Source: Klebsormidium nitens (Eukaryota > Plantae > Klebsormidiophyceae). Taken from it: a DNA stretch of 64,000 nucleotides. How positions within the stretch are numbered: the stretch's first letter is position 1; each line of letters begins with the position of its first letter. Below, in pieces: positions 1 to 11,700 of the stretch. Both the position numbers and the translations under genes were made by a program. The stretch covers positions 62,001 through 126,000 of the forward strand of contig DF236995.1 in NCBI GenBank assembly GCA_000708835.1. The letters are read 5' to 3'. The notes under the pieces were generated by a model. That model saw only the letters and a list, made by a program, of their open reading frames with translations. It was not told the origin of the DNA and ran no database searches.

Positions 1-1007
1 ACCTTCGTCAGCTTCATGCCGCTGGTGATCATCTTTGGACGGGCGCTGCACAATGGAATAGGTAGCCTGTTTCAGTTACTCCGATCGAGAAGCCACTGTT
101 GAGTTTGAGTTTATGGAATCTTCTGCACCATTTCAGATAGTTCTGAGACTGAAATACTTGCAGGGCACATATGGTCTGTTAGAATTGCACTCTAAGCATA
201 AAAAATGACGGTTTAGATAGTTTCTGTAGGAGATAACTTCTTCGAATGTACAGAATCCATAATACCAGCGGTACTGGCCGCATTCAGAGGAAGTTTCGTT
301 TAATCATGGCAATCAGAATCTCATCTTCGAATTGAAGCTAGAACCGATCAGGAGAAACAAGAAAGGTCAGGGAAGCCAGGCAAACATTCTTGCCCTCCTC
401 TTCAAACAGGACCAGAAGGTGATTTTCAATGATTATTTGCCAAGGCTGAACACGTCCTCAAAAAAGAGCAAACCAGTCTCCCGTCTACGTTCAATTGATC
501 CAAAGCAACTTATCACTTGCAGTCGCACCAGGAACCAACAAGGAAGGCTGTTTCAAACAAGTTGTTGCACACCAGCCGGTTCTGTTACCTGCCAAGTACA
601 CTGTCCGCAGCAAAAAAGAGCGTCGACTTGAACTCCTGCTGCAGCGCACTCAGAAGATCATCTGGAATCACGGAGACAGCTCCGTTCGAGGTCCAGCCGT
701 CAAACATGGCATCAACCAGCTCCTCTTCATCTAGGCTCTGCTGAGCCTCTTCGCTCGTCCATTTTGTCATTAGGCTGCAGATGATGCTACAAAAGCCCCT
801 GCCGGACCCTTTCTTTTCATATGTGGCTGCCAGCAGCTCAAGGAACTGCAAGAGGCCTTGGTCCTCATAGCCATCCAAGCCGTTGCAGAGGTCTGATTTC
901 TGCAACTTCGCCTTGTTCAAGCCTTTCAGGGCTTCAAAGAAGCACTGAAGCTTCTCAGCGGTATTCAGCGTTTCAAGCCTCTTTTCGGACGCCTCTGATG
1001 GCTCCAT
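1..1007 (-). CDS. Uncharacterised family-A protein, copy 1 (5' part; runs off the left edge)
   Basis: Exon 589-1007 (MEPSEASEKRLETLNTAEKLQCFFEAL...FFAADSVLG) ends at a phase-2 donor AG|GTAACA. The next exon starts at 45 (TTGTGCAG|C) and reads SARPKMITSGMKLTKV. Both exons align with copies 2 and 3 and have the same splice phase. The apparent stop of the ORF-track ORF lies inside the donor site. Confidence 0.75.
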
Positions 1008-1766
1008 GATCTTGCAGTTAAACCTGCTAGTTGCAAAGAGAGTTTTCGCGAAGAAGCGCTCTCGTAGTTATGCCCTGCTCTTTTGAGGCTGGGCAAAATT
1101 TTCCAAACAGAGGGAAAAAAAGTTGAAAGGATCTATCTGAAAGGGACCGGGAAGAGGCAGCATCTTCAATCTCTGCGCTGCTCGCCTGCAATTGCCGGGG
1201 ATGCCACGTACGTACAGGCTTGCAGAACGGCAGAACGTGGCTTTGGTCACAGGAACGTCTGCAGAGCTAGCTGGTTCTTCATATGTCACTGTTAATTGTG
1301 GTACCCGTTGAATCAGTCCAATGTCAACTTCGTGTCACGATGCCAAGGAGGAACTGCGCGAGACAACAAAAGACAAGATCAACACAGTACCAATCGTTGA
1401 CGAACATGCAGATATTCGGAGTTTCCAAGGACGGTCCTTGAGTACATGCACATGGCACCACTTGAGAGGAAGCTTCGGGCAGCTTCAGGATACCTTCCCC
1501 TTCGAATTCCATCCATATAAAGAAGCGCACACGCCAGATGTCTCGAACTTCACCACGAGTCGATCTGAGTTCATCAAGCGTTTGGACTGATCAGATTCAA
1601 GTTGCACAATGATTCACAAGCTCAATCAGCCTCTGACGTCGTTGCTAATCACGGTTGCAGGCGCCCCTAACTTATTTAAGCATGTGAAAACAGGTCGCGT
1701 ATTCCTAGCCTGAATCTTAAAACCACTAAACACACGCCCTTTCTGCCTACGCTCTGGCTACGCCTT

Positions 1767-2225
1767 TTACTGTCTCGCCTTAGCGGCACACGGATTGCTT
1801 TCCCACATTTCGTTGATTCGACGGTTGATCAGATTTGCTACGGTGAGTAGAGATGTCGAAGCCGTCCTACCCCGACCTCGCGCGCGCGCGCTGCGCCTGA
1901 CGCGGCCGCGGGGTTCCTTTGGAGCGCGCGGGCGCGCCGGGCTCGCGCTCCGCGCCCTTGTCCGTTGCTGAGCGCGCGCGTCTTCGCGGTCGCCGGGCTC
2001 GACTTCGTCGGCACCGCCGTCGTTGTCGGCGCTGCTCATCTCTGGGCGCGGGGAAGTGCCTGCGTCCTGGAAACGCGAACGAGAGGAGCGGTTTGTGATT
2101 GCTTTCCGAGCAGATTCTTGAAAGTTAAACCCTACTAAGAATTCCTGTACGGGTCCTGGATACGTTCGAAGCTTTTTCGACGGTGCTGATTGGATCGTCG
2201 ACAAAAGAAATCGTATGTGATCCAC
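1767..2225 (-). CDS. Possible terminal exon(s) of an unresolved gene (acidic, then Arg/Ala/Ser-rich, then a short helix)
   Basis: There is a candidate acceptor TTCCAG|GACGCAGG followed by a GC-rich open frame to the stop at 1767. No homology was recognised and the upstream exons could not be resolved. Confidence 0.25.
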   Translation of the reverse strand: MDHIRFLLSTIQSAPSKKLRTYPGPVQEFLVGFNFQESARKAITNRSSRSRFQDAGTSPRPEMSSADNDGGADEVEPGDREDARAQQRTRARSASPARPRAPKEPRGRVRRSARARGRGRTASTSLLTVANLINRRINEMWESNPCAAKARQ

Positions 2226-3648
2226 CTGGGATTCAACGGAAGATAAGGGCTATCAAGGTGGACAAGCAGAGAACATCCATTTCAGAAACTGGATTGAGAG
2301 TTCAGATAATCCTGTGACCTGATTGGTCTGTACTTAAGGAATTACGTCTTGTACGTTTTGATCGTCTCGATCTAATCCTAGAAGCTTCGACCGTTAACTA
2401 AATAATCAGGGGTCAAACTTGTAGCCACTTGAAGAGTGTTTCGACCGCCTTTGCAATAATCAGCGGAGACGCAAACGTCACGACTAACATCAACGCGCAG
2501 AGAGGGAAACAGGGGTGCGCTCCCTTAGAGAATGCAAAATGGCCTTTTAAAATTACTTTATCAACCAACCCAGACGGTATCTCGAAAGCTTAATCAAACC
2601 TGGGTTTCGGGACTAACCTGTTGGGTTCTCGACCCTTAGCCCAACCACCTGATGTGGCTGACGAGATCTTCTGTGTTGGGCAGAAAACTGCCGCACTCCT
2701 CGGGCATGACCGCTCTCCTGTTGCTGCCGCCAATCTCTTTCACCGGCTTCCGTTTGACACCCGTGACAGCAATGTACTCACGATCAGATAACTACGCCGG
2801 GAAGACAGATTCGTTCGTCTATCTGATGGTCTCATTCGTGAAATTGCTTGTCATCACTTGAGGCTCTATTAATTGCAGGCAAGACAATATTTCTCAAACA
2901 GGCTGAAGTCGCTTTGATCGGCATTATTTGCCTAGCTCTATTTCGGCAGTAAAACTCCAACGTGCGGTCGGAATTTTGCTTCACGGACAAACATTTTTTC
3001 GCTGAGGATGAGAAAGCGCATAGATGGAAGGCTTTCAGGCGGATCCAGCTTTCTTCATATGTACACGCCCATGTGAATCTCCTATGAAACCGTTCCAACT
3101 GAGGCTGAAGGCCTTGTCCGGCGGCAGGTAAAAGGCAGACATCAGGTGTACGAGGTGACCGCGTTTGTTAAGACAGAGGTGGCCGATCTTTCGAGATGAA
3201 GCTTGCGATTGCAGAACTACATGCATGGTATTTATAGGCCTCCCATGTGACGGACTGCTTGAAATGATTCCAAAGGCATGTTCCTCCCATGTACCGAGAG
3301 TGTTATGATCCAACTAGTTGCCTAAAATAGATTCAACTAATTTTTCTCGAGTACAAAATCCAGCGAGCTGAGGTTTCGTGAACCATCCAATGACAGAACG
3401 GCGTCATTCACCGGCTCGAAGCAAGAACGCTTTTGTGCCATCTCGTGAATTTACTATGAAAGGTTATTGGAGATCACGGTGCCCGTTATTGATACTCTTT
3501 ACTTTCTTTCACTGACGTCCGTTGTTCATGTGAAGCTTTGCCTACACTATGTCATCCTAGTTGCATCACTGAGCTCTAGCCACGCTTCTTGACGGCCTTT
3601 TAGACTGTACATACCAGGTTGGGCTGCATGGAAAACAGACTCATATTG

Positions 3649-6600
3649 TCAATGAGTCTCTTTCGCTAACATGCGCGCCGCTGCCTTGAGCTGCTTATCC
3701 ATCTTCCCGCGGTACGCGCTGGCTAAGAATCTGACTGTCGCGTCGGCCCCGGAATCATCTCCTTGGCTCTTCGGTCTTCCGCCGGAATTTGGTCCGTTTT
3801 CCGCTCTTCCGCCGGAACCCGATCCGTTCTCCAGGGGATCTGATGGTGGATCTTGGTCCGCCTCTTCATTGTTTGCTTCTTGGCGGCTGAAGACGTCCGT
3901 GTTTGTCTTCCGTTCGCTCTCCGCTTGTCCGCTGCCGGAGTCACCGGACGGAACAACGGACGTGCGAGCCTCCTGTCGGGGAAACGAAGAAGGGTCGTGA
4001 CATTTCTGATTCCATTCATGCTGGATCGTTTATGACATAGACAGAAGCGACATCAAAATCTGATACTCCATATAAACAAAATGTTGAAGCCGTATACTAA
4101 TTCTGCAATCAAATTGACGATCTTTGTTAAAGATCGGCCAATGAAATCTCTGATGTTCATGTTTATTCCGACAAGGAGATGCGCCGCATGACGCACACGC
4201 CATCGGTGCGCCCATTTCAATTATGCACCCGTCCGTCCGTCGATTTGTTCGCCGGGAAGCACAATGGGGATGGACGGTTGACGCGAGCATTGACAGAAAC
4301 GTCCTCTTAATGCAAGCAGACACCTTGTTTTAGAACTTCCAAGCAACAGAAACGACTCAAATATACGGAGCCACCCTCGGATGGGTCCCTGGACTATATC
4401 GGACTAGAGTCTTTGACTTACGCGCAGTCGTTTATTTCAAAGGAGGCGCATCATCGACGACTATTTTCATCTTCAGGTCTCGTGTTATCCAGAATCCCCA
4501 ATTATACTGGACGCCTGTTCTGAAAGCCACGTTCGCGATGAGAAAACGCACCAGGTTTTGTCCGCACACGTCAGCAGCCCAACAGTGGTTCTTGATCGTG
4601 TGTCGACTCAATAAAAAAACAGCGTCAGACTGAAATCTGGGTCCCACGAATGCTCGGAGAATTTTGAGACATGCAGCTCCAAAGCAACATAACCTTCGAG
4701 CGAAAGCCAAAAACCCTAATGAGCCTATACCCTAAAATCCTAACCCTCACCTTCTGAGGCTTGGTCCCGTGGCAGTGCCAGCGACGGTGGGCTTCGAGAC
4801 TGTTCGCGCTGGCCAAACCCCGGTCGCACCGTTCGCATCGGTAGACCGGCTTTCCGGTTCCGCTCGGTCCGCTGACGGAATGCCGTTTCCTCTTCGCCCC
4901 CGCTCCCGCGGCCATGCGGTCGATACCCGCAGAAACCTGCAAACACCCCGAAAAGCTTCCATAAAGGCTCAAAACGCAGCCAATTAGCTGGTAAATCTCG
5001 TGCACGACTTTGAGCTGTGAGTCCTCCAGAATTTAATCAAAATCTAGAAGGAACATTCAACAGGACCATGAGCCCACCATGCGAAGCAAGCGTGGGAGTG
5101 ACTTCATCCATCAAGCAAATTGCCATTCGAACGCAGCTACAATGTTCCCGTGAAACTTTCTGGGGATTCTGCTCTGCCTCCTTACTTTCTCCTGATGAAA
5201 CAGCGAGCAATGTTATAGGCCTTTCAATCAAAGCTTACTTATGTGCTTGGGAGCGAACTGAAATGAGATAACCCGTTGCTTCTTTCCCTGAATTTTAGAC
5301 CTGAATCTAGGATACTCACGTCACGGAAAGCAGGTCGGGTAGGAGAGTACTATAGGACGGCCAAGAAAACTTCTGCAGCCTCAAATAATGAAGGCACGCT
5401 CCTGTTGAGAAACACTTTCACAAGATGTGAACCTCTACTTTTTGTGATGTGCGCGCCGTCGCAATTCCATGCTCCGCTCTATTTGTGCTCAAACATCCAA
5501 AAATCATTTCGAAGCTTTTCCTGGGTTAGGGCAGCAGGAATGGACGTGACGTTACCTTGCCTGCGTGCTCGTCATTTGCAGCGTGTGTCAGGGTGTCTTC
5601 CCACCCCTCAGGCAGGTTGAAGCGGGACAGGTCGTCCACAATTTCGACGTCCCGAAGCTCGGCGCACAGGGGCTGTCCACGTGCGGAGAAAGGTTTATCA
5701 ACTGAAACTCGATCAAGACCGAGCTTGTGATACTGGCGAAACCGATCCCCTTAAAAACCATCTCTCCTTGTTAGAAGACCATATGCGATTTTGAAACTCG
5801 ACCAAGCCTTACAATCGAGGATCTGATCTGATCAAGTTGCCCCCTTTTTCTGGTGGGCGTGAGCTTCATGTTCCCCGCAGAAAGGAAAAGATGGTCCTGA
5901 AAAGATGGTCCCTGTACTGCTGTGCTAAGGCCCCTACCTCACAGCCCTTTTTTCAATACGACTCATATCCAACACACTGACATTTTTTAGAGGGTCATGC
6001 TTCAATCATCTTCAAAGGCGTTTGTATGTGTTCTTACCGATATTTTACCAATTTTCGTATGTATTTGAGACTGTAGTTTTAAGACGGGAAACTCTTCTTG
6101 CAGTTTCGTGCAGTACTTCTTTGATCAAGCGTCAGTGCAAGTGAAGGATTTGACTAGGGGAAGCAGCTCTGAGCATCATTGGGTCGACATGAATGAACCT
6201 TGGCCTCCCTGCAATGTGTCGTCGAAATCCAAGAAGCGGGCACATCTTTCTGGATATATATAAAATCAGGCGCCGCTAAGAGCCTGTGCTCGTTTCTGAG
6301 CTCGCTTCTCCCTAGTGTGTGATGATATTTAAGTTTTGAAGACCACTGGCATCGCTGAGCAGTGTGCTAGGCAATTCGCACCACCGCCATCCGGGAGTAT
6401 TACAAAAAGCATTGCGAGCTCTGCAAGGTCTTTAAAAGGGTTGATCTCGCCCGGCCTTTTCTTCAGCCAGGCGCTCGAGTAGGGAAAAGGGGTGTAGTAC
6501 TAGTTACTTTGGACTACGTTGATACATACCTCTGAGGTGTCTTTGTTGTGCAGGTACACCTGGACGGCCAGCATGGCAGTAAGGACTTTGGTGAGCTTCA

Positions 6601-7623
6601 GGCCACTGCTGGTCGCTGCGGGGCGGGTGCTGTCGGCGAGATGGAGAAAAGTTTGTAATCTGTAACCATACCAACACGAGTAAACCGGAAACAATCCAAG
6701 CAAAATGTAGACTTTGGACACAAGTGTGGTTACAGGGCTTTCTGCTAGCAGCGCTGAACAATACTCTGAGCTCTGCATAATTGGTGGAACGTGTGGGAGC
6801 ATGGACCTCGTACAGAGGCGGCTGAATAGCGCGCACGGATCACATGATAGAGTATAAGTCCTCGGAAGAGAGTATGAAGTGTCTTGTTGTTAGTCATCGT
6901 GTTTGCATGTTTGTAAGACAACAATTATAGCGCCTCTAGTCGATGAATTCAACTATGAGAATCGCTCAATGTATCACAGAAAAGGCTTGGCTTACTCTCC
7001 AAGAGTCCGGCGGCATCTAAGCAGAGCGCTGAATCAACGCAAGAACTTTGATTGGGGTTGCCTTCCTTTTTAACGTCTCATATGTTTCGAGTATGGACGA
7101 TGCTAAACCCTACGACGACCATCGTACGAAGGTCCTCAAGAAGTTGAGAGACATGCAAGTATTGAATGTAAGCCCTTTATACTGCAAGCGAAGCCACAAG
7201 TCGTAATGAAGCTCACCTTCCAAAGAGAACATTTGCAGCCGTGAGAAATGTGATCCTAAACCCAGGCTCCAGGGCATTGATGAGAGCTTCTGGGACAATC
7301 GGATAGTATCCCATTTTCCTCCAGCCAACGAACATTGCGGCAGTCAGCTCTTCTTCGTCCAAGTCATGCCGCATCTCGGCTCTCGCCCAACTTGCCAGAA
7401 GTTTGCAGAGGATGCCACAGAAGGCCTTCGCCGCCCCCTTCCTCTTATACGTAGCTTGGAGAAGTTTGAGAAACTGCAGCAGGTTGGCTTCATAACCAGC
7501 CATGTCTCTAAGAAGGTCGTCTTTGCGGCGGGTCTTGTCGATGCTATTCAGAGATGCGAGAAAGGCTTGTAACCTTTCTGCTCTATCTAAGGTTTCTTTG
7601 ACCTCTGTTGATGGGGAAGCCAT
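3649..7623 (-). CDS. Uncharacterised family-A protein with C2HC zinc finger, copy 2 (middle exons unresolved, possibly frame-disrupted)
   Basis: Exons: 7217-7623 (MASPSTEVKETLDRAERLQAFL...ANVLFG); 6530-6629 (STRPAATSSGLKLTKVLTAMLAVQVYLHNKDTSE); an exon ending at 5556 (WTALCAELRDVEIVDDLSRFNLPEGWEDTL...GK); 4751-4936 (CERCDRGLASANSLEAHRRWHC); 3649-3972 (acidic linker, then ...KMDKQLKAAARMLAKETH*). The resolved junctions are GT-AG and their phases match copy 3. Confidence 0.65.
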
Positions 7624-7664
7624 GCTAATTCTTTCAGGTGATGCGAAAAGCCTATGAGTTGCCG

Positions 7665-7752
7665 AAGATTGCAGCTGCGTGTACTCAAAATTGCAGCTTG
7701 CGTGTACCAAAGATTGCAGCTGTGTGTACTAAAACTTGCAGCTGCGTGTACG
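7665..7752. repeat. Tandem repeat of about 22 bp, 4 copies (AARATTGCAGCTGYGTGTAC), just upstream of the copy-2 ATG
   Basis: Four units are directly visible, each with a CAGCT(G) core. Confidence 0.85.
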
Positions 7753-8746
7753 CTTAAAGAGAGGCGGCCCTTTTTACCGGCTTTTCTGTAAGGAGCTCAG
7801 GATATCAAGTACGCAGAACACCCCCCGCGCATCTTCTTTGAAACGCTGTATCTTCCAACCAAAAGACGCAGGAACAATCTGGCGATGTTCATAATCCGCA
7901 AAGTCAGGTGAAAACCTTGAGGAGTAATCTTCCGATCAGTCAGCTTCGGTATGTATGCAAAGAAGTCACTTGCGCCTAGTACCGGCCATGCATGCGCACA
8001 GCATGATTGGGTTTTTACAGGAGAGAATTTCGCTGTAAGAAGAGGGCCGCTGGCCGTTCAACAAGATACTCTCCGGCCGAAGGTGCAATGAACTCCGGGG
8101 AACGAACAGCTCCGCTTGATCAAGCCAGACAACTCCTTTCGCGACCTGTACGAATGCTTTGAAATTTGATTCTTGTCTTGGGCATGATGATGTGCCGGCC
8201 CCTCGCGATATCTGAGAGCGATCTTTGAGCGCCGGCGCCCCGCGCCCCGCGATCTCGATCGTTGATACGCCAATTTCTGCATGAAGCGGATGAAGCCAAG
8301 CAAAGGAGCACCTGAACGTCCCTGAACCTCGTATACTGTAACCAGTTGGTCTCGTCCGTTGTTGACATTACAGCATGAAGCTCCGCGCGCGCGCTTACCT
8401 CAGTGTGACATCGGCTTATTTGAGCTGAGTGTCACTAGCCAGATGGTTCAATTCGTAAGATACGCACGAAGAGGAAGGACTCGCAGGGCTCGCGAGGCAT
8501 CACTACAATTAGCGCTCATTCAGCTTACAAACACTGTCCTGGATCGCTTTGCTGAGGAAAGGTCTTTGTAGGTCATCCGCCCCACTTCTACGTTGTGACG
8601 TGATTTTAGAATTGATTTTGCGAGCGCCCTGATCTACGTTCCTTTGACCCCGGACTATCCGATGAAGGCCGACTTCACCTGAAGGGTGTTTTAATTTCAG
8701 AGGGATCTAGCTTAATGAGAATACGGATTCTGAAGAACAGGAAAAG

Positions 8747-11700
8747 ATGGATCCCACTGCAAAAAGCTGCGGGGCTCTCGACACCGCGAAGAAGCTCCGC
8801 ACATTCTTAGACGCTCTCAAAACATTTTGCGTGCAGAACAGGGGCGGATTCCAGCGCCGGTGTGACTTTTTCGATGACTTAGGCTGTGCCGATATCCCGG
8901 GACTGATGCAGTTTCTGGACCTTCTGGGTGCTACTTACGTAAGAAGCAAAGCACCTTTCGCAGGATTTTTCATTCGGTCTTTAAGCTCAAGGTTTTACCA
9001 AAAGGAAAAGCGACCGGTATGCTAACACTGCATTGCTATTTGGGTTGAGGGGTGTTTTGATCTTGGCGACAAGCTCCTGTCAACGTCTGGTGGGTGCGTT
9101 GTACATTGAACCAAAAGGTCTGAAAAGTTTGCGAATGCAATATACTTGTTTCTGGCTTGTTTCTGGCTTGGCCCCTGGTCGAGGCACTTCACATGTTCAG
9201 CTCGTTCTTCCTCAACCATAGGCTTCAAGTTAGTCTAAAAAGGGACTCTTGATGGGCAAATCGACAATATTGTCCAACGCCCGTTTGCAGAACAAAAGCT
9301 CCGGTGCCCCGCGAGGCTTCTGCAAGCTCGTATGTAACCTGATGATCGGCTGGGCGGACAGCGGGGACAGGCAAGCCCTGGATGGGAACGAACTAGAGGC
9401 GGCGATGCTTTCCAAGTGGGCCGCGTGCGGGCGGCCGCGTCTGATTCCGGAGGCGCTGATGCGGCCCGAATACAAGGCCGCGATGGACTATGCCGCAGAT
9501 TACCTTCTCGGTTCCGAGTGAGGTTCACAATGAGGAGCCTTCCTTTTTCCTTTCTGTCCGGAGGCCTCTTCTGTTTTCTTTTCGTTCAGTTCTCTCTTGT
9601 CTGTCGGCGGATCGCTCAATTAAGCTGCTTTTCAGCAATTGAATCTGTTGAGGGGCTCTGGCACGCAGATCATGCCCAGCAGAATGCAAGTGCGTTTTCC
9701 TTCAATCACTCACGTCAGTCTCTCCCCTCGATGAAGTTTTGCACACCTTTTCAGCATTCTGGGCGATGGTCTTTCTTAATCAAGATTTGGCTGTGCCTTC
9801 CTCTGCGCTTCTTTTGTCTTCGCGCAGATTGCGGAAGGAAAGTTGTTCGAAGGCTTGAAGGTTTGAATTTCGGCTCAAGAGACGCATAGATATGAGTCGG
9901 TTACCCGCAGAATCTTAGGATCAGTTCTACAGTCAGAAAATCCCGAGAACCACCGGTCTTCGGAAGACTCGGCAGATCACCAGGATGAAGCTGATGGTAT
10001 GGGGACAAAACCTTACCATGATACCTCTGAAACTGTGGATAGCGGCTCAGCTACGGTCAAACTCTCTTCGATCGCGTTTTGCGGGCGCCCACGTTTGGCC
10101 GACGGTTCAGCGACATAGACTCTTTTGGGCCAGAATATCACGGCCCACTCCTGCTACGTTCACGGCTTCTTTTATTCTGAGACGGAATGCGCAAGATCCA
10201 CATTGACATGACGTACGCGCAAATACGTGCTTGTGACTTTATCTCGAATCTGGACGAAGCGAGAATTGGGACTCGAGTTCCATGCTGCCGAGGAATATGG
10301 TGCTGGGTAAATAAGGCTACTTCTGATTTCTGTGGTTAAAATGCACATTCCTCTCTGGTTGCAGTTTGGGGGCGAAAGCGATTAGTAGCGGCTTGAGGCT
10401 TTCAAAGGTGCTCACGGGCATGTACGCGATCCAGATTTACCTTCATACGAGGGACCCCTTTGTCGAGGTATGGGGTTTGCTGTCGCACGCTTAACAGGTT
10501 CTCTTTGTGGGCGATCCTTAATCTTGTCAAACTAGGATACAGAAGCACAAGGCTTGGGGTTGAAAAACTTTATTGCCCGTTCAGGTTTTCCGGAATAAGC
10601 GTACTGACGTGGGCAGGTTCCAATCGAGCCCTGATGAGCACGACGAAACAAGGCCAATCAAGGGAACATCAACTAGACAGACTTTGTTGGGTAACTTAAT
10701 CCAAAGGTTTGAGAAACATTCTCGAATGTATCATCGTGTCTAGTCTACCTTTGCAGCGGGCCCGGATAAGAGAAGAAGACAAATCGTAGCGTGAAAGGAG
10801 CCTTGCCAATCGCATCCAGAGTCTCTGCGGCGCAGGAATCACGTTCAAGCTGCACTCCTTCTATCCTACAAGGGAGTTCTTTCCACAGGGTACGGAGCGA
10901 CGCAGCTTCAAATCAAACGCTTTGGTGCACCGTTTGAGCACACTCTAATCTCCATCTGGGCTATGATCAATCTGACTTACACTCTTGCTGACGAAGTCCC
11001 GTGGACGCAGCGTGTGGAGGAGGACCTTGCTGACGTCATGGTGGAGGACCTGACGACGCTGGATCTCCCGGAAGGCTGGAGGGACATCTTACAACAGGAG
11101 TCCGCTGCCGCGACGCCGAAGCAGAAGGTAAGCCATCCGTACCAATGAGCCCCATTTCATGATCAGTTGCGCCGAAGCTCGATCTGACGTCATCTCTAAA
11201 GCCGTATGCGGACAATCGCAGGCTAGCTATATCTTTAGCGCCAGACACAATCTTCGGGATTCATTTCCTACACTTTTTCCCTTCTAAGCGCAAAATACCT
11301 GAGGTTTTGATTTCCCAGTAGGTTTGTCGCTCACCGAAGGGATCGCTCTCGTGCTGGATGAAGGGGGCGTTGGAACGATTGGCATGGCTCAGAGCGGAAG
11401 CTTGAGAGCCACGCTAAAGCCCAAGACGCGGTAGAACGTCGGAATGTTTCCCAAGGCCAGAAGCTGGCCAGCAAACCCGACATCGTGGGTTTGTGCGCCC
11501 AGATGATAAGCTGCTGATCATTGAAGCTTTCTGCCGCCAGACAATCTTGTCTTCTTGACTCATCTCGAAGATGACTTAACGAAACTTTTCAAAAGCATCG
11601 CCAGTGCATTTAGAAGGACAATTCAAATCCCTCTCTGACCCCTTGATTCTATGAGCACTTCGCAACCTTGCGCAGCCGGCGTCCAACACAAGCGCCCCAT

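Noticed and set aside
5155-5200. Short similarity (TGGGGATTCTG...CTCCT) to about 47832-47860
   Set aside because: Too short to call a dispersed repeat without a genome-wide search.
5580-5620. LPEGW motif as a WW domain
   Set aside because: Only the first motif is present; the second Trp and the aromatic core of a WW domain are missing in both copies.
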